A stretch of 64,000 nt of DNA, from positions 6,771 through 70,770 of the forward strand of contig JALHSP010000160.1 in the NCBI GenBank assembly GCA_022865305.1. Reading direction: 5' to 3'. Positions within the stretch are counted from its first letter, which is position 1. Each line of letters opens with the position of its first letter. Origin of the DNA: Bacteroidales bacterium (GTDB lineage Bacteria > Bacteroidota > Bacteroidia > Bacteroidales > VadinHA17). A model generated the notes under the pieces. It searched no databases. It was not told the origin of the DNA and saw nothing but the letters and a program-made list of their open reading frames with translations. Both the position numbers and the translations under genes were made by a program. Below are positions 19,543 to 28,341 of this stretch, piece after piece.

Positions 19543-21123
19543 TTATTTTGCCTCGCTCCAGGGAACCAGCTTCGACTGATAGTAATCTATCCCCATCGCT
19601 TTGAACCGTTCCCCGTGTTTTCCGAGTCTTGTCATATACTCCTCCCAGTTTCTTGATGCAGCAGGGGTCCACCCTATTTCGGCATAGCCCGGAAGACGGG
19701 GAAATACCATATATTCTATTTCATCTATATTGGTAATGGTCTCTGTCCATAAAGGTGCTTCTATTCCAACGATGTTGTCTTTGCTGATTCCGGAAATGAA
19801 AGTTGCAGGATCCCAGTTATATCCGACATCCACTTCAATATAACCTGCCCAGTGTAATCCCAGCTTCGTGGATCTATCATATTGCATGTCGAGATAAGCC
19901 TTTCTTGCCGGTGACATCAATATTTTTGCACCCTGACTTACTGCAGCATTAGCATTTTTTTCATTTGCCCAGCACTGTGCAATCGTGTTAGGTTTCAGAC
20001 TTGCCAGAGCAATTTCATCCCAACCAATTACCTGTTTGCCATGAGCCACAACAATCTCCTGAACCCTGTTGATAAAGGGAATATAATCTTCTGTTTTAGT
20101 AACATGCGATTCATCCCCGCCAATATGTATATACGGTCCGGGTGTCAGGGAGGCCAGTTCCCTTATAACATCATCAATAAACTTATATGTTATCTCATTA
20201 CCTGTGCATAATGTGCTGAATCCCACATCTGTTCCTGTATAGAGCTCCCTTGCCTTTCCGTCACAGTTCAATTCGGCAGAAGAAGCCAGTGCCGCATTGG
20301 TATGGCCCGGCATATCAATCTCCGGAACAACTGTAATATAATGGTCTTTTGCATACTGAACAATGTCGGTATACTGTTCCTGGGTGTAAAAACCTCCCTT
20401 GCCCCCGCCAACCTGCGTGCTTCCACCATGTATTGTAAGATTTGGCCATGATTTGATTTCAATCCTCCACCCCTGATCGTCAGACAGATGCAGGTGTAAA
20501 ACATTCATTTTATAATAAGCAAGGAAGTCCGTAAAACGCTTGACATCGTCAACACCGAAAAAATGACGGGATACATCAAGCATGGCTCCCCGGTAAGAAT
20601 AATTCGGGTAATCATTAATTGTGCCCGTCGCAATTTTCCATGGCCCCTCCTGTTTAGCAGGCAGCTCGATACCGGCAGGTAAAATCTGCGCGATGGTCTG
20701 GACTCCCCGGAACAATCCTGCCGGAGTGGTAGCTGAGAGTTTCACCAGCTTCCTGGTAACAATGAGCTCATAGCTTTCATCCCCGGAATTCTGGCCGGAG
20801 CCGGACAGTGTTAAATAAATGACCCCTCTTTTAGGCTCTTTCGCAGTTGCTTTTACATTAAGCTTAAATCCTGTTGAAGGTTTTAACCTGTCGGCCAGGT
20901 ACTGACCGATTTTTAGAACTTCTTCGGATTCCCCCTGAACAGAAATATCAGTTCCTGGTCTCAACGTAAAGTACTCTCCTGTTGTGGTTACTGAAACAGG
21001 TTTGGGAATAATGCTTTCTTTTGAAAGGTCAGATGGCGTTTTCTGGCCACACGACACCAGAACGATCAGTACAAAAATTACAATTAATGCCCTTAAGGCC
21101 TGGCTTTGTCTTTTGTTAATCAT
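19543..21123 (-). CDS. Beta-N-acetylhexosaminidase, GH20
   Basis: HLHLSDDQGWRIEI and PEIDMPGH motifs; lipoprotein-type signal (VLVSCGQ). Confidence 0.9.
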   Translation of the reverse strand: MINKRQSQALRALIVIFVLIVLVSCGQKTPSDLSKESIIPKPVSVTTTGEYFTLRPGTDISVQGESEEVLKIGQYLADRLKPSTGFKLNVKATAKEPKRGVIYLTLSGSGQNSGDESYELIVTRKLVKLSATTPAGLFRGVQTIAQILPAGIELPAKQEGPWKIATGTINDYPNYSYRGAMLDVSRHFFGVDDVKRFTDFLAYYKMNVLHLHLSDDQGWRIEIKSWPNLTIHGGSTQVGGGKGGFYTQEQYTDIVQYAKDHYITVVPEIDMPGHTNAALASSAELNCDGKARELYTGTDVGFSTLCTGNEITYKFIDDVIRELASLTPGPYIHIGGDESHVTKTEDYIPFINRVQEIVVAHGKQVIGWDEIALASLKPNTIAQCWANEKNANAAVSQGAKILMSPARKAYLDMQYDRSTKLGLHWAGYIEVDVGYNWDPATFISGISKDNIVGIEAPLWTETITNIDEIEYMVFPRLPGYAEIGWTPAASRNWEEYMTRLGKHGERFKAMGIDYYQSKLVPWSEAK

Positions 21124-21165
21124 GGTCTTTAAAGTTTTGTAGTATTGGATAATTAATTCAAATTA

Positions 21166-21747
21166 TTAAACAAGATCACATGCTTCCGGAGGCATCCAGT
21201 GTGCATCCCTGCCTTCCCATTTGATGTTGCACCCTATAGGATTTGTCAAAGGGATTGATACCGGCTTCCCGGTGGTGAGTTCTTCCAGGGCTATATCAAG
21301 ATTATTAGTTTTCATCCTTGAAGTATCCCGCGGACTATCAACACCCCTTCCCGTATATACAAGAGTTCTCTCTTGATTAAAAACATAGAAATGAGGTGTG
21401 CGTAATGCGCCGTAAGCGCGGGCTATTGCCTGGTCTTTATCATAAAGGTACACCCATGGAAATTTGTATTTTTCCATCCTTGCCACCATGTTAGGAAAGT
21501 TGTCGTCCTCATAAGTATTTTCACTGTTAGAATTTATCCCCACAAAGCCGACACTCCTGTTTAGATATTTTTCTGCGGTTGCCCTTGTAACTTCATCTGA
21601 ACCTATTACATAAGGGCAATGATTGCATGTAAAAAATATTACCAGGTATTCATATTTTTTACAATCTGACAGGCTGTATACTTTTCCATCGGTGGATGGA
21701 AGTGTGAAATCTATCGCCTTTTGCCCGGGTTGTAATGTAAATGCCAT
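21166..21747 (-). CDS. Thioredoxin-fold (redoxin/AhpC-TSA-like) protein
   Basis: [10 protein letters not shown] redox motif within a thioredoxin-like layout. Confidence 0.75.
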   Translation of the reverse strand: MAFTLQPGQKAIDFTLPSTDGKVYSLSDCKKYEYLVIFFTCNHCPYVIGSDEVTRATAEKYLNRSVGFVGINSNSENTYEDDNFPNMVARMEKYKFPWVYLYDKDQAIARAYGALRTPHFYVFNQERTLVYTGRGVDSPRDTSRMKTNNLDIALEELTTGKPVSIPLTNPIGCNIKWEGRDAHWMPPEACDLV

Positions 21748-21913
21748 ATTTGTGTTTTTTTACTTTATAAAAATACTAACAATAGTTAAACCGTATTGTT
21801 GTCGGCAGCAGATTTTAAGTATAAAATCCTGTATATTCTTAATGAATTAATTTTTCTTTGATTCCCTGCTGTTTTTAACTACATCTTTTTAATCCCTTTT
21901 GAATCGGAATCAC

Positions 21914-21921
21914 TAATTTTG
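21914..21921 (+). promoter_or_regulatory. -7 box TAATTTTG upstream of the decayed GH26 gene
   Basis: Exact TAnnTTTG, 34 nt before ATG 21955. Confidence 0.4.
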
Positions 21922-21954
21922 GGAACAGCATAACTAAAATTAAAAATATCTTAA

Positions 21955-23300
21955 ATGAAATCAGTTTTCAAAACAACCTGGCTATTTATTCTGGTTAGCT
22001 TTATTTGCACGCCGCTATTCAGTATGGATGACCCTGTGAAACCGGTCACCCCGAAAGCTTCTCCAGAATCAGCTGCCTTGCTGAATTTTTTCTACAGCAT
22101 CTCCGGTAAATATACACTTACGGGGCAACATAATTTCCCAAACATTAAAGACAGGAATACCCGGTTTGCTGCCGAATACATTGGACAAACGCCTGTCATG
22201 TACAGCACCGACTGGGGCTTTGCAAAGGAAGATGATAAAGATTCCTACCTGGCCAGGCCGGAGATTGTAAAAGAGGCTATCAGGCAGCATAAACTTGGTT
22301 CAATAATTACAATCTGCTGGCATGCCGTACCCCCGACAGCCAAAGAGCCGGTTACTTTTCAACCGGTTCCCGGGAGTAATCCCCAGGCTCTTGCAAGTGT
22401 TCAGGGGCAGTTAACTGATCAGCAATTTAAAGAAATACTGACGCGTGGAACAGCTCTCTATAAAAGCTGGTGTGCACAGGTTGATTCTGTTGCTGTCTAC
22501 CTGAAAAAGCTTCAGGATGCGCATGTCCCTGTATTGTGGCGGCCATATCATGAGATGAACGGAAGCTGGTTCTGGTGGGGCGGTCGTCTTGGAAAATACA
22601 GCACACTGGCATTGTACCGTCAGATTTTTGACAGGCTTGTTAAGTACCATAGATTGAATAATCTTATCTGGGTCTGGAGTGTCGACCGGCCTAACAAACC
22701 CTAAATGCAATTTTCAAATTATTACCCGGGTAATGATTTCCTTGATATTCTTGCATTAGATGTCTACGGAAGTGATTTCAACCAGAATTACTATGACAGC
22801 CTCGTGGTGTTATCAAAAGGGAAACCGATGATGTTCTTTCCAAACAACCCAGATGGAGCTACTGGGTTATCTGGTCTGGGATGGCCAGAAGTACATCCAG
22901 AAAACAACACGAAATACTGATCAACGATCCACGGATTCTGAGCATAGAAGATGCTGCCTACAGGGAAAATATTGCACCGTTCCGTTCATTATACGGTCTG
23001 CCGGCTTTGCCCGAAATTAAAAAGGTGCCTGTCAGCTTTTCAGGAAAATGGACCTTTAACGAAGAAAGAAGCATCCTTGACAACTTCGGATTCGGCAATC
23101 TCCCGGAAAAAATTGAAATTACCCAGACTCCCAGTGATATTAAAGTAAAAAAGACCATGAAACGGGGTAATCAGTCTTTTGACATGGCTTCTTCAGAAAA
23201 ATGGAATCTTCAGGAAAAAGGAAAAGTTTTTGTAGTCAGACAATCTTCAACCACCTTCCGGGGTAAAAGACTTATTACCCTGTTTTACAACAAAGAATAA
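21955..23300 (+). pseudogene. GH26 beta-mannanase-like gene with an in-frame TAA and a frame-shifting micro-deletion
   Basis: VPVLWRPYHEMNGSWFWWG (acid/base motif) is followed by ..DRPNKP, TAA (22702-22704), then in the same frame MQFSNYYPGNDFLDILALDVYG. After SKGKPM (about 22825-22835) the reading continues in another frame as DVLSKQPRWSYWVIWSGM. The expected nucleophile GExG segment is skipped. Confidence 0.75.
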
Positions 23301-23680
23301 ATGAAAAAGAGATATTAATTTTCATAACGCCTCTGATTTTTTTTACTGCTGTTGGTGCACAAAATAAGGCTCCGCAGCAAAGATCTTGTTAACTGGACGG
23401 GGCCCCAAATGATATATACTGCCCCCCAGGATGTATGGGGAGATATTCCGATAGTAAGCATCTGGGCTCCGGAATTGCACTATTATAAAGGTAAATATTA
23501 ACTGTTCCTTACATTCGACACCCGGAACAAATTCCAGGAACAGTGACGCAAATGGCATGCTGTTTAAGACTTTTGAAGGTGCGATGATGATGATATTACA
23601 CTCCCCCTATAACGGCGACACCCGTCCGCATCTTTTTGAAATGGAAGATAAGGTCGTGCGTCCTTTGCCGCGCGTCTTTA
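23301..23680 (+). pseudogene. GH43 relic (about 100 recognisable codons out of roughly 330)
   Basis: ATG 23301 plus an A5 run is out of frame with a signal peptide (KEILIFITPLIFFTAVGAQ). SKDLVNWTGPQ..VSIWAPELHYYKGKY is followed by TAA (23499-23501), then LFLTFD. A C-terminal piece, EGAMMMILHSPYNGDTRPHLFEMED, lies in a third frame. Confidence 0.55.
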
Positions 23681-24562
23681 TTTTTGTATCGGATTCTGAG
23701 TCCTTTTAAAAAATTCTTCCTGTAATTGCTCTATTGTGTTGTTAGCCTTCAAATACTTTATTAATTGAGCAAGCTGATTGGCATTTTTTAATATCATAAG
23801 TTCTCCAAGCTTTTTATTTGGCTCTGCAGAATCGCTTGCATAATGATTTGGATAATTTGCATACCACCAGATGCCTGTATAACCATAACGCAGATCTTTC
23901 AACCGTGCCTGATTCAGCCCTGATTCACTCTTTATTGCTCCTATATCCACCAGATCAGGTCTGATGAAGTACATCATAGCTGTTTCCCCTTCTCCTGCAT
24001 GTTGATCCAGAGTTGCTTTGCTCAATGAATTTATTTCCTTGTTAAGTGCAGCATCAGATCCGGGCTGAAACAGAACAACTATATAGTCTTTCCGGCTGGC
24101 AAGCTGCGACTGGCAAAAAAATTCTAAAAAGCTTGTACTCCCTCCATGGCCGTTTGCAAGAATGATTTTCTTTAAACCGTTCCTTGATAATTCATTACAG
24201 GTCTCCTCAAGCATTTTCCAGATTAACTCGTTACTGTAAGCCATTGTTCCGGGTTGATGTCTTGCTTCATAAATCTGCCCAAAATAATATGGAGGAAACA
24301 CTATGGCATATTCCTTGCCTGCAGCTGCACAAACCCACTCCCTTGATTCAAACAGATCAGAGCCAAGAGGAAGGTGCGGACCATGTTTTTCAATTATTCC
24401 AAGAGGAATAACACATACCCCACCAGCCTTTTCAACCGCTGTTACGAATTTCGGAGAGGTTAATTCTTCCATTTTGAAAGGAATGTTACTGCTGGTACCG
24501 GATTGAGATGACAACTGGACCGCCCATAATAGAGCCAATAAAAGAATGGTTAGTTTTTTCAT
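23678..24562 (-). CDS. Creatininase (creatinine amidohydrolase) family protein with N-terminal signal peptide
   Basis: IIEKHGPHLPLGSDL and ANGHGGS motifs. N-terminus is MKKLTILLLALLWAVQLSSQ. Confidence 0.8.
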   Translation of the reverse strand: MKKLTILLLALLWAVQLSSQSGTSSNIPFKMEELTSPKFVTAVEKAGGVCVIPLGIIEKHGPHLPLGSDLFESREWVCAAAGKEYAIVFPPYYFGQIYEARHQPGTMAYSNELIWKMLEETCNELSRNGLKKIILANGHGGSTSFLEFFCQSQLASRKDYIVVLFQPGSDAALNKEINSLSKATLDQHAGEGETAMMYFIRPDLVDIGAIKSESGLNQARLKDLRYGYTGIWWYANYPNHYASDSAEPNKKLGELMILKNANQLAQLIKYLKANNTIEQLQEEFFKRTQNPIQK

Positions 24563-24615
24563 AATTTTTTTTTTAAATTATCCTTTTTTATGATTAAGTA
24601 TTTTGAATAATATGT

Positions 24616-24906
24616 TTATTCTATTGTCGCAAGACGGAATGGTCTGATTTCAATCTTTTCCCATACCTTGTTGTAAATGTATGGTTCATTCTTCAGGAGT
24701 TCATCCAGTGCTGCCCTGTCAGGAACATCATAAAGAATAACCGAACCAATCATCTGTCCGGCATCACTAAGGATGGCTCCTCCGAAAAGAAACTCTCCTG
24801 CTTTTTTTACATTAGAAATTTTTTCAAGGTGTTCAGGGCGTGATCTCATTCTTCGATCTAATGCTCCCGGCTCAGTTCCGTCATAGGCTATTAGTATGAA
24901 TTGCAT
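24616..24906 (-). CDS. YciI family protein
   Basis: 96 aa; the pattern R...RPEHLE...GGA..D matches the YciI-like fold. Confidence 0.75.
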   Translation of the reverse strand: MQFILIAYDGTEPGALDRRMRSRPEHLEKISNVKKAGEFLFGGAILSDAGQMIGSVILYDVPDRAALDELLKNEPYIYNKVWEKIEIRPFRLATIE

Positions 24907-24943
24907 ATCAGTTTTTATTAAGGTGTGACTTATTTTATTTTTT

Positions 24944-24951
24944 CAAATTTA
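24944..24951 (-). promoter_or_regulatory. -7 box (TAAATTTG on the minus strand) upstream of the YciI gene
   Basis: CAAATTTA on the + strand, 38 nt upstream of start 24906. Confidence 0.35.
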
Positions 24952-24972
24952 TAAAATATTAAATGCAAGTTG

Positions 24973-25016
24973 CTGGTTACTGGTTGCAGGTAAGTTTGAG
25001 GAACGAGCAACGAGCA
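24973..25016 (+). repeat. Two adjacent 7-nt tandem duplications (CTGGTTA-CTGGTTG and AACGAGC-AACGAGC)
   Basis: Read directly at 24973-24986 and 25002-25015, 130-175 nt upstream of the Nramp gene. Confidence 0.6.
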
Positions 25017-25084
25017 TTCGGAAACTTAAAGTAATTGAAAAAAGTCATATTCTGCTACATCTGTAATATTCATTAAGCATTGAT

Positions 25085-25092
25085 TATATTTG
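25085..25092 (+). promoter_or_regulatory. -7 box TATATTTG upstream of the Nramp transporter
   Basis: Exact TAnnTTTG, 57 nt before ATG 25149. Confidence 0.4.
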
Positions 25093-25148
25093 TTTTGGTA
25101 TCCGGCCAGCAGAAGGATATTAATTAAAGACCTGAATAAGAACATAAT

Positions 25149-26441
25149 ATGGCTTTGTTTAAATCTTTGTTAGGTAAATTCCATTTCTTCAGAGACCTGA
25201 AAAGCAAAGATCACTCCCGGATTTTCGGAGCCAGGGATATTCTCAAATACATTGGCCCTGGTTTGCTTGTCACAGTCGGTTTTACTGATCCGGGGAACTG
25301 GGCTGCAAATATTGCTACTGGATCCAGCTATGGATATACCCTTTTATGGATAGTGACATTGTCAACGATTATGCTGATCATTCTGCAGCATAATGTGGCG
25401 CATCTTGGCATCGTAACAGGTTATTGTCTTGCTGAGGCGGCAACGGTCTATACTAACCGGAAAATCTCGAAGATCATGCTCTCATTTGCTGAGCTGGCAT
25501 CAGTTGCAACTTCACTTGCAGAGATTCTTGGTGGTGCTATTGCGCTGCAGATGCTTTTTAAAGTTCCTGTAAAAATAGGAGCAGTACTGGTAACAATATT
25601 TGTTGTTATAATGCTTTTTACTCATTCCTATAAGAAAATTGAAAAATGGATAATCGGGTTTGTTTCTATAATCGGTCTATCTTTTTTTTATGAATTGTTC
25701 CTGGTTGATGTTGATTGGGCTGCGGCAGGTATTTCATGGGTGAAACCATCCATCCCGGAAGGTTCAATGCTTTTGTTGATGAGTGTTCTGGGTGCTGTTG
25801 TGATGCCACATAACCTTTTTCTTCACTCTGAAATTATTCAGAGCAGGCAATGGAACCTTGAAGATGAAAAGATAATCAAAAAGCAACTGAAATTTGAATT
25901 CGCCGATACTCTTCTTTCGATGATTATCGGCTGGGCAATCAACAGCGCAATAATTATTCTTGCAGCATCAACTTTCTTCAGCCATAATATAAAGGTTGAA
26001 GAGCTGCAACAGGCTAAAAGCCTGCTTGAACCGCTTCTCGGAACAAATGCAGCAGTAGTTTTTGCGGTTGCATTATTGTTTTCAGGAGTTGCTTCCTCGA
26101 TTACCTCTGCAATGGCAGGCGGTTCCATTGTGTCCGGAATGTTTACGGAACCCTATAATATTAAAGATAATCATACCCGTACCGGAGTGCTGATTTCCCT
26201 GGCAGGAGCTTTAATAGTCATTTTCTTTATCGGTGATCCCTTTATGGGACTTATCCTGTCGCAGGTGTTCCTGAGTATACAGTTGCCTTTCACGGTAGCC
26301 ATACAGGTCTATCTTACTTCATCAAAGAAAGTAATGGGTAAATATGCCAACAGTCGTTTTCTTGTTGTTATTTTATCAGTTATTGCTGCAACAGTTATTT
26401 ATCTTAACCTGAAATTGCTTTTTGATATCATTTTCAGGTAA
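25149..26441 (+). CDS. mntH: Nramp-family divalent metal (Mn2+/Fe2+) transporter
   Basis: DPGNWA motif, MPHNLFLHS, about 11 hydrophobic segments, 430 aa. Confidence 0.9.
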   Translation: MALFKSLLGKFHFFRDLKSKDHSRIFGARDILKYIGPGLLVTVGFTDPGNWAANIATGSSYGYTLLWIVTLSTIMLIILQHNVAHLGIVTGYCLAEAATVYTNRKISKIMLSFAELASVATSLAEILGGAIALQMLFKVPVKIGAVLVTIFVVIMLFTHSYKKIEKWIIGFVSIIGLSFFYELFLVDVDWAAAGISWVKPSIPEGSMLLLMSVLGAVVMPHNLFLHSEIIQSRQWNLEDEKIIKKQLKFEFADTLLSMIIGWAINSAIIILAASTFFSHNIKVEELQQAKSLLEPLLGTNAAVVFAVALLFSGVASSITSAMAGGSIVSGMFTEPYNIKDNHTRTGVLISLAGALIVIFFIGDPFMGLILSQVFLSIQLPFTVAIQVYLTSSKKVMGKYANSRFLVVILSVIAATVIYLNLKLLFDIIFR

Positions 26442-26461
26442 AAAGCATCTAATCAATTCAC

Positions 26462-27259
26462 ATGGCAGAAGAAAAGTATAATACAGGACTGGTTTTAAGC
26501 GGTGGTGGTGCAAGAGGGTTTGCTCACCTGGGGATTTTGCAGGCCTTAAATGAAGCTGAAATATATCCGGATGTTTTATCCGGAACAAGTTCCGGTGCCC
26601 TTGCCGGAGTTATGTACTGCGATGGATATACCCCAAAAGAGATTTGTAAGATCATGAAAACCAGCAGCCGGTTAAATTATATGAGACCAACGCTTCCGCG
26701 TGATGGTCTGTTACAGATTTCCGGAATAAAAAAAATATTGGAAACAAATCTCCGTGCAAAAACATTTGGAGAACTTAGAATTCCTTTATATGTAACAGCC
26801 ACAGATCTCAACAATGGCAAAGCAGTATACTTTTCCGAAGGAGACTTGCTTAATGCAGTTATTGCTTCTGCAAGTATTCCGGTGCTCTTTAAACCGGTAA
26901 TAATTAACAAAATATATTATGTAGACGGAGGCATTCTTGATAACCTTCCAATACGTCCCATTGAAAACAAATGTCGTCTGATTATTGGTTCTTTCGTAAA
27001 TCCTGTTGGCTATGAAGATATCATAAATGGCCTGACCAAAATTGCCGAAAGAACTTTTATGCTGACCATGTCGAAGGAAGTTGCTGAAAAGTCAAAGAAA
27101 TTTGATCTTTTTATCGCACCCCTGGAGCTTAAAAACTACGGAATTCTTGATCCGGAAAAAGCTGAAGAAGTTTTTAAAGTAGGATATAAGGCGACTAAAG
27201 AAAAGCTTAAAGATCCGGAAATCCTGAAACTAATCTCTTCAAAGCTGTCCGATAAATAA
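26462..27259 (+). CDS. Patatin-like phospholipase
   Basis: GLVLSGGGARGFAHLG (oxyanion hole), GTSSGA (nucleophile elbow) and DGG (catalytic Asp). Confidence 0.85.
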   Translation: MAEEKYNTGLVLSGGGARGFAHLGILQALNEAEIYPDVLSGTSSGALAGVMYCDGYTPKEICKIMKTSSRLNYMRPTLPRDGLLQISGIKKILETNLRAKTFGELRIPLYVTATDLNNGKAVYFSEGDLLNAVIASASIPVLFKPVIINKIYYVDGGILDNLPIRPIENKCRLIIGSFVNPVGYEDIINGLTKIAERTFMLTMSKEVAEKSKKFDLFIAPLELKNYGILDPEKAEEVFKVGYKATKEKLKDPEILKLISSKLSDK

Positions 27260-27339
27260 TTACAAATCCGCGCTAACGGAGATTACAATAGGTGGCTTCT
27301 TGGAGGTATCTCTTGTCAAAAGGGGTCACACCCGGTTTT

Positions 27340-27380
27340 CCTCTGTGAATCTCTGTGTCTTCTTTGTGGTTCTCTGTGAA
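27340..27380 (+). repeat. Four tandem ~10-bp units with core CTCTGTG
   Basis: CCTCTGTGAAT / CTCTGTGTCT / TCTTTGTGGT / TCTCTGTGAA, immediately 3' of nfo. Confidence 0.65.
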
Positions 27381-27389
27381 AGTTCTTAA

Positions 27390-28235
27390 TTATTTTCTTA
27401 TAAGTGAGTAAAGTTTTTTTATTTCGGCTTCCCAGAGTGATTCTTCCGGGGTTTCGAGAATCAGGGGCATATCATTGAAACGATCATCATTCATGATTAG
27501 TGAAAAGGTGTCTTCACCCAGAAATCCTGTTCCCAGGTTTTCATGCCGGTCAACCCTTGTGCCAAAATCTTTTTTTGAATCATTAAGGTGCATACCCTTA
27601 AGATATCCGAAACCAATAATATCGCTGAATTTCTTAAACGTCTCCTTAAAACCTGCAGGTGATTTAACATCATATCCTGAAGTATAGGCATGACATGTGT
27701 CTATACAGACACCAACTCTCGTTTTGTCCTCAACAAAATCGATTATAAACCGTATCTGCTCAAAAGTATGGCCGAGGTTTGTTCCCTGACCGGCAGTGTT
27801 TTCAATAACAGCAGTGACACCTCTCGTTTTCGCGAGAATAATGTTTATTGATTCTGCAATCCTTTTCAGGCATTCATCAATTGAAATTGAATTTAAATGG
27901 CTCCCGGGGTGAAAATTAAGTCTGTCGAGACCAAGAAGTTCACAGCGTCTCATCTCATCAAGAAAAGAGTTCCTTGATTTTTCAAGAGGCTCTCTTTCAG
28001 GATGCCCCAGATTTATAAGATAGCTATCGTGGGGAAGTATCTGAATGGGTTTGAATTCATGCTTTTCACAATTTTCTCTGAAAGCAGTTATGGCTGATGA
28101 AGTGAGTGGGCTTGAAAACCATTGTCGCTGATTTTTTGTGAACAATGCAAAAGCTTTTGCTCCAATAGCATGTGCGTTGACCGGAGCATTCTGAACGCCC
28201 CCTTCAGCACTGACATGTGCACCGACGTATTTCAT
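27390..28235 (-). CDS. nfo: Endonuclease IV (deoxyribonuclease IV)
   Basis: [29 protein letters not shown] and CIDTCHAY motifs; 281 aa. Confidence 0.92.
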   Translation of the reverse strand: MKYVGAHVSAEGGVQNAPVNAHAIGAKAFALFTKNQRQWFSSPLTSSAITAFRENCEKHEFKPIQILPHDSYLINLGHPEREPLEKSRNSFLDEMRRCELLGLDRLNFHPGSHLNSISIDECLKRIAESINIILAKTRGVTAVIENTAGQGTNLGHTFEQIRFIIDFVEDKTRVGVCIDTCHAYTSGYDVKSPAGFKETFKKFSDIIGFGYLKGMHLNDSKKDFGTRVDRHENLGTGFLGEDTFSLIMNDDRFNDMPLILETPEESLWEAEIKKLYSLIRK

Positions 28236-28315
28236 GATTATTGTGTTTTCTGTTTAAACCCACCCCACCCCCCCGATGAATCGGGGCAGGCTCTCCCAGG
28301 AGGGGATCTCCTAAT

Positions 28316-28340
28316 CTATGCGCCTCTGCGCCTCTGCGCC
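28316..28340 (+). repeat. Three tandem 8-bp units CTATGCGC / CTCTGCGC / CTCTGCGC
   Basis: Read directly between the PurF-like stop (28342) and the nfo start (28235). A CCCCGA-TGAA-TCGGGG hairpin lies at 28271-28286. Confidence 0.65.
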
Positions 28341-28341
28341 T

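Noticed and set aside
22702-22704. The in-frame TAA in the GH26 gene (and TAA at 23499-23501) as evidence of stop-codon reassignment.
   Set aside because: TAA terminates hcp, mnmG, ade and other conserved genes at their expected lengths in this same window. The same GH26 also carries a frameshift. Ordinary nonsense mutations explain it.
1402-23680. Calling the GC-rich CAZyme blocks a mobile genomic island or ICE.
   Set aside because: No integrase, transposase, relaxase, tRNA target or direct-repeat borders are visible in the window. Only composition and decay support a foreign origin, so I report it as a compositional observation rather than a mobile element.
26462-27259. The patatin-like phospholipase as a CBASS-type defence effector.
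   Set aside because: No cyclase/nucleotidyltransferase, E1/E2/JAB or other signalling gene is adjacent. The neighbours are mntH and nfo. It looks like a stand-alone housekeeping lipase.
27340-27380. The short tandem repeats at 27340-27380 and 28316-28340 as a CRISPR array.
   Set aside because: The units are 8-10 bp with no spacers and there are no cas genes. This is not CRISPR architecture.
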